Notes: generated from the sequence alone by a model not told the origin. A stretch of DNA of 64,000 nucleotides from Selaginella moellendorffii (GCF_000143415.4 NW_003314297.1:124001-188000), one strand, 5' to 3'; shown: positions 24,978-37,989, counted from the stretch's first letter. Numbers and translations are program-made.

Positions 24978-25308
24978 CTAGCTTTGTTGTGGCCTTTGTT
25001 GTGGCATGCACTTGAAACTCACAATTGCAAGTCAATGGTGGCTAAGTAGGTAACTTTGTGGAATCATAGTTGGATTTGGAACTGTCATATATTTGTTAGT
25101 TTATTTAAGAATTTCAGCATAGACTGTATTCATAATGTAAAAGTGTTAATCATATGGTATAAGATTGTCTTGGAGGGGGGTTGTGAGCACTTGAACACAA
25201 AGTTGTTCAAGTGATCTACACCTTGAGAGAGCAATATAAAGTTGATTATGTGTGAAAATAGATTGGGGGAGGTAAATGCTAACATGGTTGAAAGTTTGGC
25301 CTTGAGTG
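24978..25308 (-). mobile_element. Inverted 3' terminus of the same Helitron (helicase C-terminal motifs, decayed hairpin, CTAG end)
   Basis: Minus strand TQGQTF...IFTHNQLYIALSR continues the + strand LTISK, then MNTVYAEIL*, then ccacaac-aaag-gccacaa-caaag-CTAG|T. Confidence 0.88.
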
Positions 25309-25718
25309 CAACTCTTATTGCAGTATAATGGTTTCCAGCTCATCCCAAAAACCTCTCTAGCAAGCTGTGAAGCAAATAGCAACACTTGCACCAAAGATGG
25401 GCTTGGAAGTATTCTTTGGGCTCTTTGTGTTCAAAATGGAGGAATGCAACTCAACAGTGATTTAATCTTAACTTATGTAATGCTCATGGGTAGAGTTCAT
25501 AAATTCCAGCATAGGAAATTTGGATTTGAGGAGTTTAGACAACATTTATAAAATAGTAATGCACATTTGGTCAAGAGAATGTCTTTCAAATGTGGAGTTG
25601 ATCAAACAGTAAACATAGCTAAACTTAGCAAACCTCTTGAAATGGCATCAAATTTGCCAACCACCTAGCAATTGCTAGTAACAGTCATAAAAACAAATTA
25701 AAGAATGTTAGGGCGGAA

Positions 25719-28130
25719 ATGGATTTACTCGCCCCGACTACGAGCGTTCGGCGCGTCTTTGTGCATCCCGCGAGGACGGTGGTTCCACAGGACGTGCCCA
25801 TCTCCGCCAATGTGTGCGAGGTGCCATCTCGTATCACAGATCAGAGCTCTTTATGGGTTTGGCTCAAGAATCTCCATCCCGATGTGGAGTCGATCTACAG
25901 AGCAGGATCGGCCATGTGGGTTGAAGTTAATGAAGTGTCCACCAGTCCTTTGCCGCCCTCGTTCACATTGCATGTCCGCAGAGCACCGCCAGGTATTCGT
26001 GTAGAATTTGGATGTAGCTTGATGCTTACTCTGCTTGTTACTCAGCTCCATCAAGTCCATTGAGCTCAACTCTTGCCAGCATTTGCCGAGATGCGGTAGC
26101 AATGGCTACCGAGTTGATAAGCTCTTATGGTGTTCATGGACAACATGAGGCTCTTACACTCCAGGCTCTCTCCGACCCTACTAAAGAGAGCATCATCACG
26201 ACCATGGAGAGCGCGGAAACGGTGGCAGTGATGGGCCGACAGTGCATCAGCTCACTTATCACTTTTATCCGGGACTCGACCGTCAGGCGCTCTAAGTTTA
26301 ACTTCGTGCTCGGATCAGCATCGTCTGGAAAGACTTACAGCGTCCGTGCTGCGTCCCTGTTCCTCTTTCTGGAGTTTGTTTCCTCGGCACACGGAAGGCT
26401 GATGCACGTCAACGGGGAGGAATTTTCGAATTATCCAGCTTTGACGCTCATCCGCTCGCTTGCCTTGGGTTATCACGACAGCAATGCCGCTCACTACTAC
26501 ATTCAGAACCTCAAGGATGACAAAGATGCCAATCAGGTGATCAAGATCATGCAGAAGATAGTTCGGGGTGATAACAATAGAAGGCTTTATCTGGTGCTGG
26601 ACGGTGGTCCTGAGATCTCTGCCGAGCATGCGGTTTTACTCCGGAGTATTGCTACTTTTGGTGCTGTAGTCTTGTGCGGGAAGTGGCAAGAGTTTCTGAA
26701 GGTGCAAGATCGCTCACTTTTCATCAACGGCGGATTCAACGTAAGCTCGATCTTCATGCTATGTTGCCTGTACTAAACTCTATCTGCTTGATTTAGGAGG
26801 TTGAAATAACAAACTACTTGGCATTCGTGAAGGCCGACGCTAATACTACAAAAGAAAGTATTTGGTGGAAGACTGGCTGGGTTCCGGGATTGGTTGCCAC
26901 CAGGAGCGATCGGAAGTACCATGAGACTCTTAAAGGGTACATCCGGAATCTACCTTCGGAAGATTGGCCCCGTTTCTCCAAGCTCATCTCGAAAGGAATT
27001 CTTGAGGATGATGGCGATGACGACATTTTTGCAGAGCAAGCCACCGGGCTGTTCTACAGGGGTGCTGACGGAATAGCGAGATGTCTCTCAGAGCAGCTTC
27101 GTTCCTACGCAGCAAACCAGTTCATGCTCGTGGCAAGTCTAGTGGATAAGGAGCAGATCGATGAGCAGATTCGGCTGTGGACATCAGTTATCCAAAGCGA
27201 TCCCGGTATTTGCTCACGAATTGGTCTGAACATAGAGCAGGCATGCATTCTTGTGGCCCGATACAAGCAACCCGTCATAGAGTATGACCAAGATGCTTCT
27301 GTGACCATAACTCCGGCAGCAGTCCGCCAATTTCGTGGGAGCTTTACAATGGCGATGACCAAAGGGATCTCCGTTGCGACGCTTTTTCTTCCTATTCATG
27401 GGACTGAGAAAGGACTCGATTGTTACTATGTTGCATATTCGCACTTCGTAGTCATCCAGTTTGCAACAGGGGCTCGAGCGATTGAGGATCACAACCATAT
27501 CAGGCCGAGAGCACGGGAATTGTTCGTCTCAGATGACAAGTCGAGGTCGCACGTCCTGGCGTGGGTGGTATACTGCACGAGTCATTGGTTTGAGACAAGG
27601 AAGCTTGATGTGGCGGGAGGTGTCTACCATGAGGTCTATCTTAACTTCGGGTGCTTTGACAAGATCTTAGCCTGTATCGACGAGAAGCTGGAGAAGCTGC
27701 GGGATGGGAAGTACGGTGGAGAGGTAATCAGCTTTCGCTTGCAGTTTTATATTATCTCATTTATTTATCTAATGCAGGCAAATCCTAGATGCTGTGTTTG
27801 TAATAATCAGGAGACTGTTGAGGACGCGCTGTGGGTGCAGTGTGAAAACTGTGAATGCTGGTATCATCAGGCTTGCGAGGATTTGAAGGTCCATTGCCAA
27901 GGTTGCTTGGAAGTTGCTCGGAAGAAGGAAGCCAAGAAGGCAGCCAAAGCCCAAAAGGAGCAGGCTCGAAAAGCAGAGGAAGTCCTAAGGGCAACTGTTG
28001 CAGCGGAGGTACAGGAGGTGGAAGTGCATGCAAGGGACAGCAGAGGTCAGTTTCATAAATTGGCATGCTCACTCCTGAAGTTCTTTTTGCTTTTGCAGCC
28101 AAGAGGAGGCGAAAAAATGCAAGCTCGTAA
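25719..28130 (+). CDS. Crinkler/CR-type protein (putative Ubl header, P-loop NTPase, PD-(D/E)xK-type REase, PHD finger, NLS), ~731 aa; exons 25719-25992, 26046-26740, 26797-27723, 27778-28045, 28099-28130
   Basis: Four GT-AG introns splice the ORFs in frame; Walker A GSASSGKT, Walker B LYLVLD, TGWVPG; G..IE helix then P....EKGLD...FVVIQFATG.....H; PHD CCVC...WVQCENCECWYHQAC...HCQGC; terminal KRRRK. Confidence 0.75.
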
Positions 28131-29096
28131 AATGCAATAAGGAAATGGTTTGTAGCCGGCAGGACTGTTGCCAGGGGTCTCTGTTCTGATGCTAAACTCG
28201 ATAAGAGACAGATTATAAAAGCGTTAGCATTTTGACCACGCTCTCCTCTCTGTACACTGGGAACAAAAAATGCATCCGCTTTGCTAAAGATTGATCGCAG
28301 CAGTGTGTCTCTAAGACACCTTAGCATAGCAGCATTACAGCACATCTGTGAGAGGTGGGCGACCAGATGATGTCGTAGGAACTCACTCAACACAAGAAGC
28401 GACCATTCAGATTTTTTTTTTCAGCTTACCTCGTCACTGCTATTGCTGGCCTCCAGGATCTTGTTTGACTTTTAACACTCCCACAAACTTCCTCTCATCT
28501 AAGCTTTAGGAATGCTAGTATGATTTAAGAACCTGCCTTTCCCGAGCTTCAAAGTGCTCCATGCATGACTGGGCAAAAGGTACCCTAAAAAGAGTTTCAA
28601 GGTTAGAGCATATTTGCTACTTTAGTATATTATTTTTATATAAGTTAAAATATAGTTGTGTAATATATAAATATAAAATGCTACTTTAGTATCTTGGATG
28701 ATTGAAGGTTTACAGTTGATGGAGATTGATGAGTCTGATGTGCCTTTATATCCATAGTAAACAATCCATTGAGTATGTACAGACACGTCTCACATCAATC
28801 CAAACATATGAGAGCACTGGCATTCAAGAAAACCAACATGATAATTGCGCACTCGCCCAAGCCCTAAAAAAAATTCCTCACTTAATATCTCTGCCGCAAT
28901 CAAAGGCGGCAGCCCTAGTGGCCTTGTAGAAATGAGCTCCATCGTTGTTCTCTTGCTCCAGTTTTTTTTAAATAATAAATACAACTATCAAGAATAAGTA
29001 AGAATATTCCTTAAAACCTAAATGTATATTCTTGTGAGGTGCTTCTTTAACTCCAGATGTCCTCAATTGTAATGTTATTTTTTGTCATCTCTGGTT

Positions 29097-29695
29097 AAAT
29101 TTGGTCACCTATAATTGTCTGAACGCTCCTGGATCAAGCTCCAAGTCATGACTTCCATCCTTGCTGGATCGGGAATGACATTCATCCCAGTAAGTTTTTG
29201 CCATATTTCTGGTCTTGTTCTTATGTGACGAGTCGAGAAGCTCCAGGGATGTTGTCAGTGTCTCGGGGCTCTTATTGTTGCCGAGCAAGGGTTTGACGTA
29301 TCACTGGTCCTTGATCAGAGGCCTGCTGATCTCATGTGCCATCTCATGACGTTGGGATTGCGCTGGCAAGCAGTGTGGGGTTTGATTATTTTCAAATTCT
29401 TTGGCAGGAGATTCTAGCGTAAGAGTGGGCTTCGTCGCAGCATTCTACGGCACCAAGGATTGGGCCTGTGGCGCACCATCCTAATGCTGTTCTTGTCCTA
29501 GAAAACACCATTTTTTTGGCCTTCAGTGATCCTCCGAGCTGGAACAGCACAAGCGGGCCATCAGATCGTCCCAGTTTTCGATCCAGGCAAGGGCAGCTGC
29601 AAGAAGCTTCCGGTGATGGATGGCAAGCCATCCTGGAGGGATTTAGCATGGACGAAGCGGGTCGTGGTGGATAGTATAGGCAGAGATTTTCTTGC
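29097..29695 (+). pseudogene. Rearranged, deleted copy of the 5901-6545 region (5' part of the kelch/FBA-like gene); 29097-29357 is inverted relative to 5901-6132
   Basis: Direct nucleotide similarity (gggcttcgtcgc..ggcaccaaggat, caggcaagggcagctgc, tttagcatggacgaagcg); reverse-complement match ctgatctcatg.gccat.tcatgacgttggg. Confidence 0.85.
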
Positions 29696-31769
29696 ATGCT
29701 TTCTTAGCCACTCACCAAATGTCTATTGTAGTTGTAAACATTATTTTGTTGTATACCTTAAGTAAAATTATTCTAAAATCCTGGTAAGATCCATTTTGCT
29801 CCAGGGAATTCATCTTTTATAAGTGTTTTTATTAAGGTGTTATCGATGAAACCTGTTAATTGTGAAGTTACAATTCTTTGGACTAAAAGTATAGATAAGA
29901 TATACAGTACGAGGTTATTTGTGCAAACAACATTATATGCCATTAGAATAAGTTAATTTGAAGCGAGATGGATTTTGAATGGTAATCTAACTTATTTGTC
30001 ATATTTTTGTAATGCTGTCAGTTCTGCAGGAGTCAATTGTAAATTGTGGGAGTGTCTCTTCTTTTATTCCAGCAAACAAAACTGCTTGAGCATGGTGTGG
30101 GGGTATTATCAAGAATTAATTTATGTGCTTGTGGTCCATTGATGATAATAAGATCATTGATATATTAACTATTCAATATCATGGTATGCCATCTTTAAGT
30201 TGCATGATATTCATAGTTAAAGAGAAATATAGTTAAAGAGAAATAAATTACACTAGGCTAGTGAATAAAAGAACCTCATTGGAATACTTACTATATATTT
30301 CTATATACAGGTGCCAAGATTTTTTCTAGTAGATTCAGTGTAAATTCTTAGTTGAAATCACTAAACAGAATGCCTTTGTTTTGATTATGCTATTCCAAGG
30401 AACTGCAATGTGTTTGAACTTTGATACGTATCCATGTTTTTTGTGTTAGTAAGCACACTCTACCAGCTTTACCACCAGAGAATACAAGGCTTTAATTTGG
30501 AAAATCAAGTGGGACTTCGGAATACTTAACTTAGACTTCCTCTTGGTTACTTGAATGTGTAAATGTATTGAACATTTCTTTGTAATTATTGAGGCCTCCA
30601 ACCCCAAAACTCCGCCAATGAGATTTGAACTCAAGACTTGCTTTATACATAGATTAGGTTTTTAGATTAGTTTCGGGTTGGAAAAAATTAGTTTTAAGAG
30701 TTTATATAAAAGTAGGGTTTGAAGACTTCAAAATGTTTAACACAAATTTAGCTTTTATTTTAGTATTTTATAAATAGTTTTGACGTCTAATCCTCTTCTT
30801 TAACTGTAGTTAATTTTTGATACTCTTGCAGAAGTTATATAAAGTATTAGAGTAATCTAATATAACACTTCATTTGTAGCTCTAAAAAATTATTTAACAC
30901 AAAAAATAGCTTTTTGGTTTAAAGATAAAGATTGGTATACCAATGAAGTTTAATAGTATGTGGTTTGAGTTTTATAATTTTCTTAGTCAAATCAAAATTG
31001 AATCACTAATACACTTTAACACAATATATCTATGAGAAAGTTTTCACTTTTCCCTTCTACAAATGCACTAAGGTGTTTCATCATTCATTTGACATAAAAA
31101 TCACTTGCATAAAGATAAAACCTCCTATTTTATATTCCTAGAATTGATGGTGCTCATTGGTAAACTTTTCCACCCTATCTTGAGTTACCTACAAAATTTG
31201 TTTTCACACCATTAGAATCTCATCAAGTTATATGATTAAATCAATTATGTCTAATCAAGTTTGTTTTAAACATCCTTACTTAAATGGAATTTTAACTTCA
31301 ATATTATTTTGAGATGCCTTCCAAATATGGAAAAGGAAAGATTTAGTTTGGTTATATTGGCTATTATTGTAGGCAAATTACAATAATGGAAATATATCCT
31401 TCACTAACTAATTCACACATTTAGTCTATTTATCTAAGGATGATTTTCACTCAAGAGCTTCAAAATCATTTGTATAGCCTTGCAGAACTTTTTAAAATCC
31501 ACTAATGAACTTTGAGTCTCAATCACTGATAATGTCATTTGGCAAACCAAAATTAGAAAATAACTTCTCTAAATAAATCATAGCTAAGTCTTCTAAAGAA
31601 CCAACAATTGCCTATACTTTGCTAAAATTTATTATAATTTACATTTGCTCCTTTTGCCTTTGTATTCATAATAAACAAATGATAAAGTATATAGAGATAT
31701 TACACCAACACTCTAAGGAATATGTAAAAGTTATAAAAGTTCTAAGACACCTCAAGCTCCTCCAGCGCA

Positions 31770-31960
31770 AGGGGCAGAAGAGGAGCATGGTCATCAACTC
31801 AATGCTGTTTGAGCCCAGTTGCAGCACTTGGATGAGCTTGTTGGCTGACTGTGAGAGGCACTTGAAGGTGGAGTTGGGCAAAAAAGCTGCAGATTAAGTT
31901 TTTAAGATGGAACCAAAGAATGCATTAGCTTACTTGATGTTTGGGAAGATCTACATCAAG
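31770..31960 (+). pseudogene. PLS-class PPR protein E-domain fragment
   Basis: INSMLFEPSCSTWMSLLADCERHLKVELGKKAAD*VFKMEPKNALAY matches the E-motif consensus and has a stop. Confidence 0.75.
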
Positions 31961-33049
31961 CTCCTCCAGCTCAAGAAGCTTATGGAGGACAGGGGTCTCA
32001 AGAGGCGCTGAGTGGTAGTAGTAGTAGTAATAGTAGTAATCTTCCTCCCTCCACCACCACCACCACAACAGACTATTGCTATTCTTCCTTGTATGATAGC
32101 AAGAAAGATCCATTGACTTTGAGACCTCCTTAACTATGAAGCTGGAAGAACCGTTTTACGAGTGAACTCGATCGAGAAGCGTAAGCTTTTAGTTGAAAGA
32201 ACTGAAATGTATATAGCAAAAACTCAACCTTCTTTGTGTACAGTTACAACTCCTTATTTTGGAAGAATGCTTCTACTTTATGAATTATAATAACTCTTAA
32301 TTTGAAGGTGTTATATTGTGTTGATTGCAAATATGTAACAATAAAATTGAAGCTTGCAACTTAAAATGGCAAGCCTAATGTAAATAAAATTGATGCAATT
32401 AAGTGTATCTTGGTTTTGCTTGCTTCCCGAGAACTTAAAGAAGTTAGTTTATGTGTATAGCAACACAAGAGTGGTGAATCATGTTGAAAGTGAAGGAATG
32501 AAATTCCTAGAAATCAATTTTGACACAATTGTCATCGAACCACAATGTATGAAAATTGTTAACATGTAAACTAAACTTCAATCTCTTGATATAAAAAATT
32601 TAGAGATGCAAGTCAAACAAGATCTTCTAAATAAGGATGTAAGGATTGTGTGAAACATAAATTCCTAAGCCCTAAAGTGGAGCCAAAAGTGTGCCATATG
32701 ATAGTGGTCAAAGCTTGAGTTTAACAAGTGTAACATATCTAGATAAAAAACTTTGACTCGAAAAGTCAAAAGCAAAAATGGAAATTCTAACAAAATTCTC
32801 AAGAAACAAATATGAAGCTATTAATGAATGAGTCTCTAGAAAGGGACACAAGAAGGATTGACACATGTGAACTGCCATGACATATAGAACTGTTGGGACC
32901 GAATCTGAGATAGAGTCCAAGATGGATCTAAGATTGAGTTTGAGATAAAGTTCAAGACAAAGTTTAAGACCAGGTCTAAATATTAATATAAATTGTGGGG
33001 TGAAAACCCAAAGCGATCGTCCCCTAAGGGGGTTTTAAAAGTATAGTAG

Positions 33050-34900
33050 GGAGAGTGTGGGGGTTAAACTTCAGTAGAACCAATTTGGCGAAGAAAGGCT
33101 ATTATGACTCAAGAAGGCTACACCCACGTTGTGGGTGACAATATAACTATTAAAGAGTTTAAGGCTAGAGTAAACATAAATAGACAAATGGGATAACATA
33201 ATAAAGTGTTCAAAAGTTGGGTTTAGCTCCCCTAAGAGATCGTGTGGTCAATGCTTTTAATTCAAGAGTGGGTGGCACTATCTACTTGGATACCTAGTGT
33301 GGCTTATCAAAACCTCACTCTAGCCATATAGCTAGAGCACTTAAAGGTAAAAGGTGGGGGGAGTACTCACAAGGCATATGTAAGGCTGTAGTGTTTCAAA
33401 ATCTTATTCTAAAGTCCTGGACTGTGGAAAAAAAAAAGAGTAGTTCTCTTAGGTAGTGACTAAGGACATAATCATATGGTAAGGAAGTCTCAAAGGTCAA
33501 TGGGATTTAATAGTCATGCTTTTAGGCCTTGACTTAAGGGTGATGTTAACGAGCATAACAATGGATGGAGAGGGATTTGGTAGAGACTAAAGAAGAGATA
33601 TTGTTGAAAGGTGTTCCCCATATCTCTAAGCATCCTAAGGATGTTAAGGTGTGGTCATGGTATGACCACTTATAGGCAGATAACCCAATCTTTAAGAGAC
33701 AAGGCTGTGGTATGTTACTAATGAGATAAAGGTGAATGAACATAGCCTTAATGTAAAGATTGATGTAAGTAACTAAAGGGAATAACTTGAAAAATGATCT
33801 ATAGGGTTCAAATATAAAAAGAAAAGGTTCATGATAAAAAATGCACCCCTTTTTCAATCTTTAAAATATTTAAGGTTAAGTGTCCTTGTGTTTGAATAAT
33901 ACTAAGTTGGGTGACTTCCAAAGAAGTCCAAATTCAGGAGTTTACATTTGGTATCAGAGCAATCTTGGGTTCAACTCTGTTAGTTGGCTAGGGAAATCTC
34001 ACCACATGTAAAATTGACATCTAGCAAATTCTATTTGCCTCTAGCTGGGCTTGACCCAAGGGGTAGCATCTTGATTTTAAAAGTATAATAAGGATAATGA
34101 GGTCTAGGAGAAAAAATTCTCTAATGGTGCTTCTAAACTAGCTTGAGGTTGGGATTGAGAGTTAGGGGCCTTGGGTGGGAGTGAACACAAATTCAAGCAA
34201 TGTTAAAGAGGCCACCAAGTGCTTAAGAGCAACTCCCACTCCAAGAAGGAAAATTGATTGTGGTGCTTTCTTGGTCCTCACTCCTTTTTATGGATTTAAG
34301 CCTTCCCTTTGGGATGAAAGTAGGGGAATAAAAGTATTTATATTGGGTTGTTAGGCTATGGTGTTTCCCCTTGGGGTCATGAAGTAAGAGATGCATATAA
34401 TGCTTGGGCTTTAAAGGGTCTTATGATTAAATCTTGTTGTACCAAGGGATGTTAAAAATCTAAAGGCTTGGTGTGCTTAAATGCTTATGCCTATAAGGAA
34501 TGTAACCGAATTTTAAGTTTAATCTAACCTGGAAAAGAGGATTAGGAGAGAATTTAGGAATTCATAAATGGATAGTTAACACTCTATTACTTGTGTAGTG
34601 AGTAGCTAAAACTAAGTAGAACCAAGTAGGAATTGGTGCAATAGGCAGGAACCTTGGCAAAGAAATTTAATTAAGGCTAGCTTGGATAGACGAGGTAAGT
34701 TGGCAAATTGGAAATGAAAAATTTGTGGCTTACAATTGATATATTAGTAGTATTTTTGAATGTCTATAAGTGAATTGGACATGTGAAGCACTTGGACCAA
34801 GTGCAAAGGCAAAATAGCATAAATGTTATTCACAAAGCTAGCAAGTCCCCAAGTTGGGAATAGAACTTATGGAGATTGTGAATGAGACTTCTCCAAGTCG
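33050..34900 (+). mobile_element. Decayed LTR retrotransposon remnant (LTR end plus PBS); boundaries approximate
   Basis: ...TTACA (33946) followed by canonical iMet PBS TGGTATCAGAGC (33949-33960); CpG-depleted flanks. Confidence 0.55.
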
Positions 34901-35136
34901 TCAAAGGTATGGTTAAATGACTATAATATAATGGAAAAATTAGTCATTTACAAATTGTTGGAAGATGCCAGAAATCTCAAGGAAGTTGCCAAAGATGTTG
35001 AAGAAGATATAATTTCTAATGCTTTAGTTTTTTTACTTTTAGTAGTTTGGTTTTTTTTTTTAAAAAAATTTAATCAAAAAAAATTTATAAACTGATTGGC
35101 CATTCAACACTTCACAGCCAATCAATAACCATGATA

Positions 35137-36045
35137 GTGATCCCACAACCTCTACTATGATCCATTTCTTGCCTAGAGATTCTTCTTGGCCCTCCACTTG
35201 GATGTACACCATGCTTCCCTATTGCTGAGCATGGACTCCATGAAGAATCACTTCCACTATCTTCTTGGTGATGCCACTCCATTTATTCCAATGCAAGTTT
35301 AGCACACTTTTTGCTACCATCTCCATTGAAAATGTGGATGTCAAGGTTGTTATTATCCACAACAAGCTTGAGGTCTCCAAAGTGACCAGCCCCCATATAC
35401 ATGGCCTCTATCCAGTCCTTATTCTTGAGAGATATCCTTTGGCCTGGAACCAAAAACTATGCTCCAACTTGGTGAGCACCAACCAGTCAGCAGCCCTTGC
35501 AACTCAAAGTAGTCATCTTCTAGGTGCCAGAAGTACTTCCTTGGCTGGCTGTGTGCTCCTGCAAGAGCAAAGCATCCACCAAGCTTAGGTCTTCAAGATC
35601 CACTCTGGGAAGTAGAGATGTAGGTGTCCTTGTGCTTGGCACAGACAATGCTGAAACTTGGAAGGTCATTGACTGCATTGCTCACCCAGAAGCCTGTGAT
35701 GGAGGCCTTGTCCTCAAGAAACCTGCAAGCTTGGAGCTCCATACATGAACAGGGAACTCTAAGCTGGTGCCTTTCAAGTTTTTCTTTAGCAAAACCAGTG
35801 TGGTGTTGGCCGCTACAAGCTCGTCCCGGCAAGCCAGTGATGGAGCTGGCATTCTCCTCCAAGTCTCACTCTTGATCAAGTAGAAGCACAGGAACTCTTG
35901 ATGCATTTGAAGGCTACTCCAAAGCCAAGACCTGCCACCTTTTGCCCCTCCAAAACAAATCTCAAGATGGTCGTGTTGCCTGCGTGAATGATCTTGAGAG
36001 GATAGAGGGAGAGCATGCCTTTAGAGTGGACAGTGTGGCCAAATC
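35137..36045 (-). pseudogene. Pseudogene copy of the second domain (~7050-8044) of the kelch/FBA-like gene
   Basis: KSETWRRMPAPSLACRDELVAANTTLVLLK, ELQACRFLEDKASITGFWVS; frameshifts and many CG>TG/CA transitions relative to 7050-8044. Confidence 0.9.
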
Positions 36046-36377
36046 ACGCAGTGACATGAATCACAGGAATATTCCAAGACTATTCCATAGCAATATATTT
36101 ACATGTATTTTTATGAAAACTTTTCCCTTTACCAAACCTGGGCTAAGCTGGCTTTGGAAAATAAACTATATGGTCAAAAAGTATAGCGTTTGCAGCCCAT
36201 TATTCTAATCAATTAACAATGATTATAGTGACTAGTCTAAATGACACTATGCTTAAGAGCCTAAGCTAACTTCAAAAATATCTAACGGAATATGCTGTTT
36301 CGTGACCGCTTATTTTATTTATTTCCGTTTGGGGTTTTTGTAGGGCAACGTGATGGTGGAGCCCTAATTTTCGATCG

Positions 36378-37757
36378 ATGGATCCGGCAGTGCTCGACGA
36401 TTTGATCGGGCGGCTGCTCGAGGTGCGCAGTGGCCGCCCGGGGAAGCAGGTCCAGCTCTTGGAATCGGAGGTGCGGCAGCTTTGTGTGGTCTCCAAGGAC
36501 ATCTTCATGTCGCAGCCCAATCTTCTGGAGCTCGAGGCGCCCATCAAAATCTGTGGTAAGCTCCGCGAATGAGCATTGCGCTCAAGTCTAGCAGAGAAGT
36601 GGACTTTGAGGTTTTGTTTTCTTTTGCCTGTTTATTGTCTTTGTTCCACTTCTCTTTGTTTGATCTGAAAATCTCTCTTTTTTCTCGTCTAGCAGAGAGG
36701 TGGACTTCATTTCTTTTTGTTCGATCGTTTCCTTTTGCCCGTGTTTATTGTCTTTGTTCTATGGCATAGCCACTTGCTCTTTGTCTGAAATTTCTTTGGT
36801 TTCTCACGAGAAGATTTTTCTTCGTGTGCTAGGTGACATCCACGGCCAGTACTCGGATCTCTTGAGACTGTTTGAGTATGGTGGCTTTCCTCCCGAGGCC
36901 AACTACTTGTTCCTGGGTGACTATGTTGATCGTGGGAAGCAGAGCTTAGAGACGATATGCCTGCTTCTGGCCTATAAGATCAAATACCCGGAGAACTTCT
37001 TCCTGCTCAGGGGTAATCACGAATGCGCCTCCATCAATCGTATATATGGCTTTTATGACGAGTGCAAGCGCAGGTTCAACATTAAGCTATGGAAGATTTT
37101 TACAGATTGCTTCAATTGCCTCCCGGTGGCTGCGCTCATCGACGAGAAAATCCTGTGCATGCACGGTGGCCTCTCTCCCCACATGAAGACCTTGGATCAG
37201 ATCAAGAGAATCCCCAGGCCCACCGACGTACCAGATTCCGGTCTCTTGTGTGATCTTCTATGGTCCGACCCCGACAAAGGTGTTGACGGCTGGGGTCAGA
37301 ATGATCGAGGTGTCTCATTTACATTTGGTAGCAACGCGGTTGCGGAGTTTCTTCAAAAGCAGGACCTCGATCTCATTTGTCGAGCTCATCAGGTATGATG
37401 CTCGTGAGTTCTTTCTTTCTCGTTGCTTTGAGCCCCATGTCTGCAATAACAATAACAGGTGGTGGAAGACGGATACGAGTTTTTCGCCAACAGACAACTT
37501 GTGACGATATTTTCGGCACCCAACTATTGTGGGGAGTTCGACAATTCAGGCGCTATGATGAGCGTTGACGACACACTAATGTGCTCGTTTCAGATACTTA
37601 AGCCAGCGGAGAAGAAGCCTAAGATGTCAACTGGCCATCCCAATCTAGCTAGACCAGGAACTCCACCTCGCGGATTAAAGGTGCGTGTTGTCATTATAAG
37701 CTCGCTTGTCAATTCTCCTCAAAGTTTTCTCAATGTTATCAGCAGGCAAGAGTGTGA
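36378..37757 (+). CDS. TOPP: Type 1 serine/threonine protein phosphatase (PP1/TOPP), 4 exons
   Basis: GDIHGQ, GDYVDRG, RGNHE, HGG, WSDP, RAHQ|[21 protein letters not shown]-terminal TPPR. Confidence 0.97.
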
Positions 37758-37989
37758 GTTTGAGATTAGGAAACGGGGATTGCGCCATCCTCAATAAAAG
37801 ACGTCGCGCTATTACTTGGTCGTGATCAGTTAAGCGAGAGGGAAGTTACTGTACAGCAGCTTTGCGTAGCGGCACTGTGGTCACTGCTGGTGGTGCTGCT
37901 GGTGGGAATCCAATGAATGACAGAACAGTGCTTGATTTGTATGTTTGTTTTTTTCTTTTTATCTGCAGTTTTCTCGAGAAGAGTTTTAC

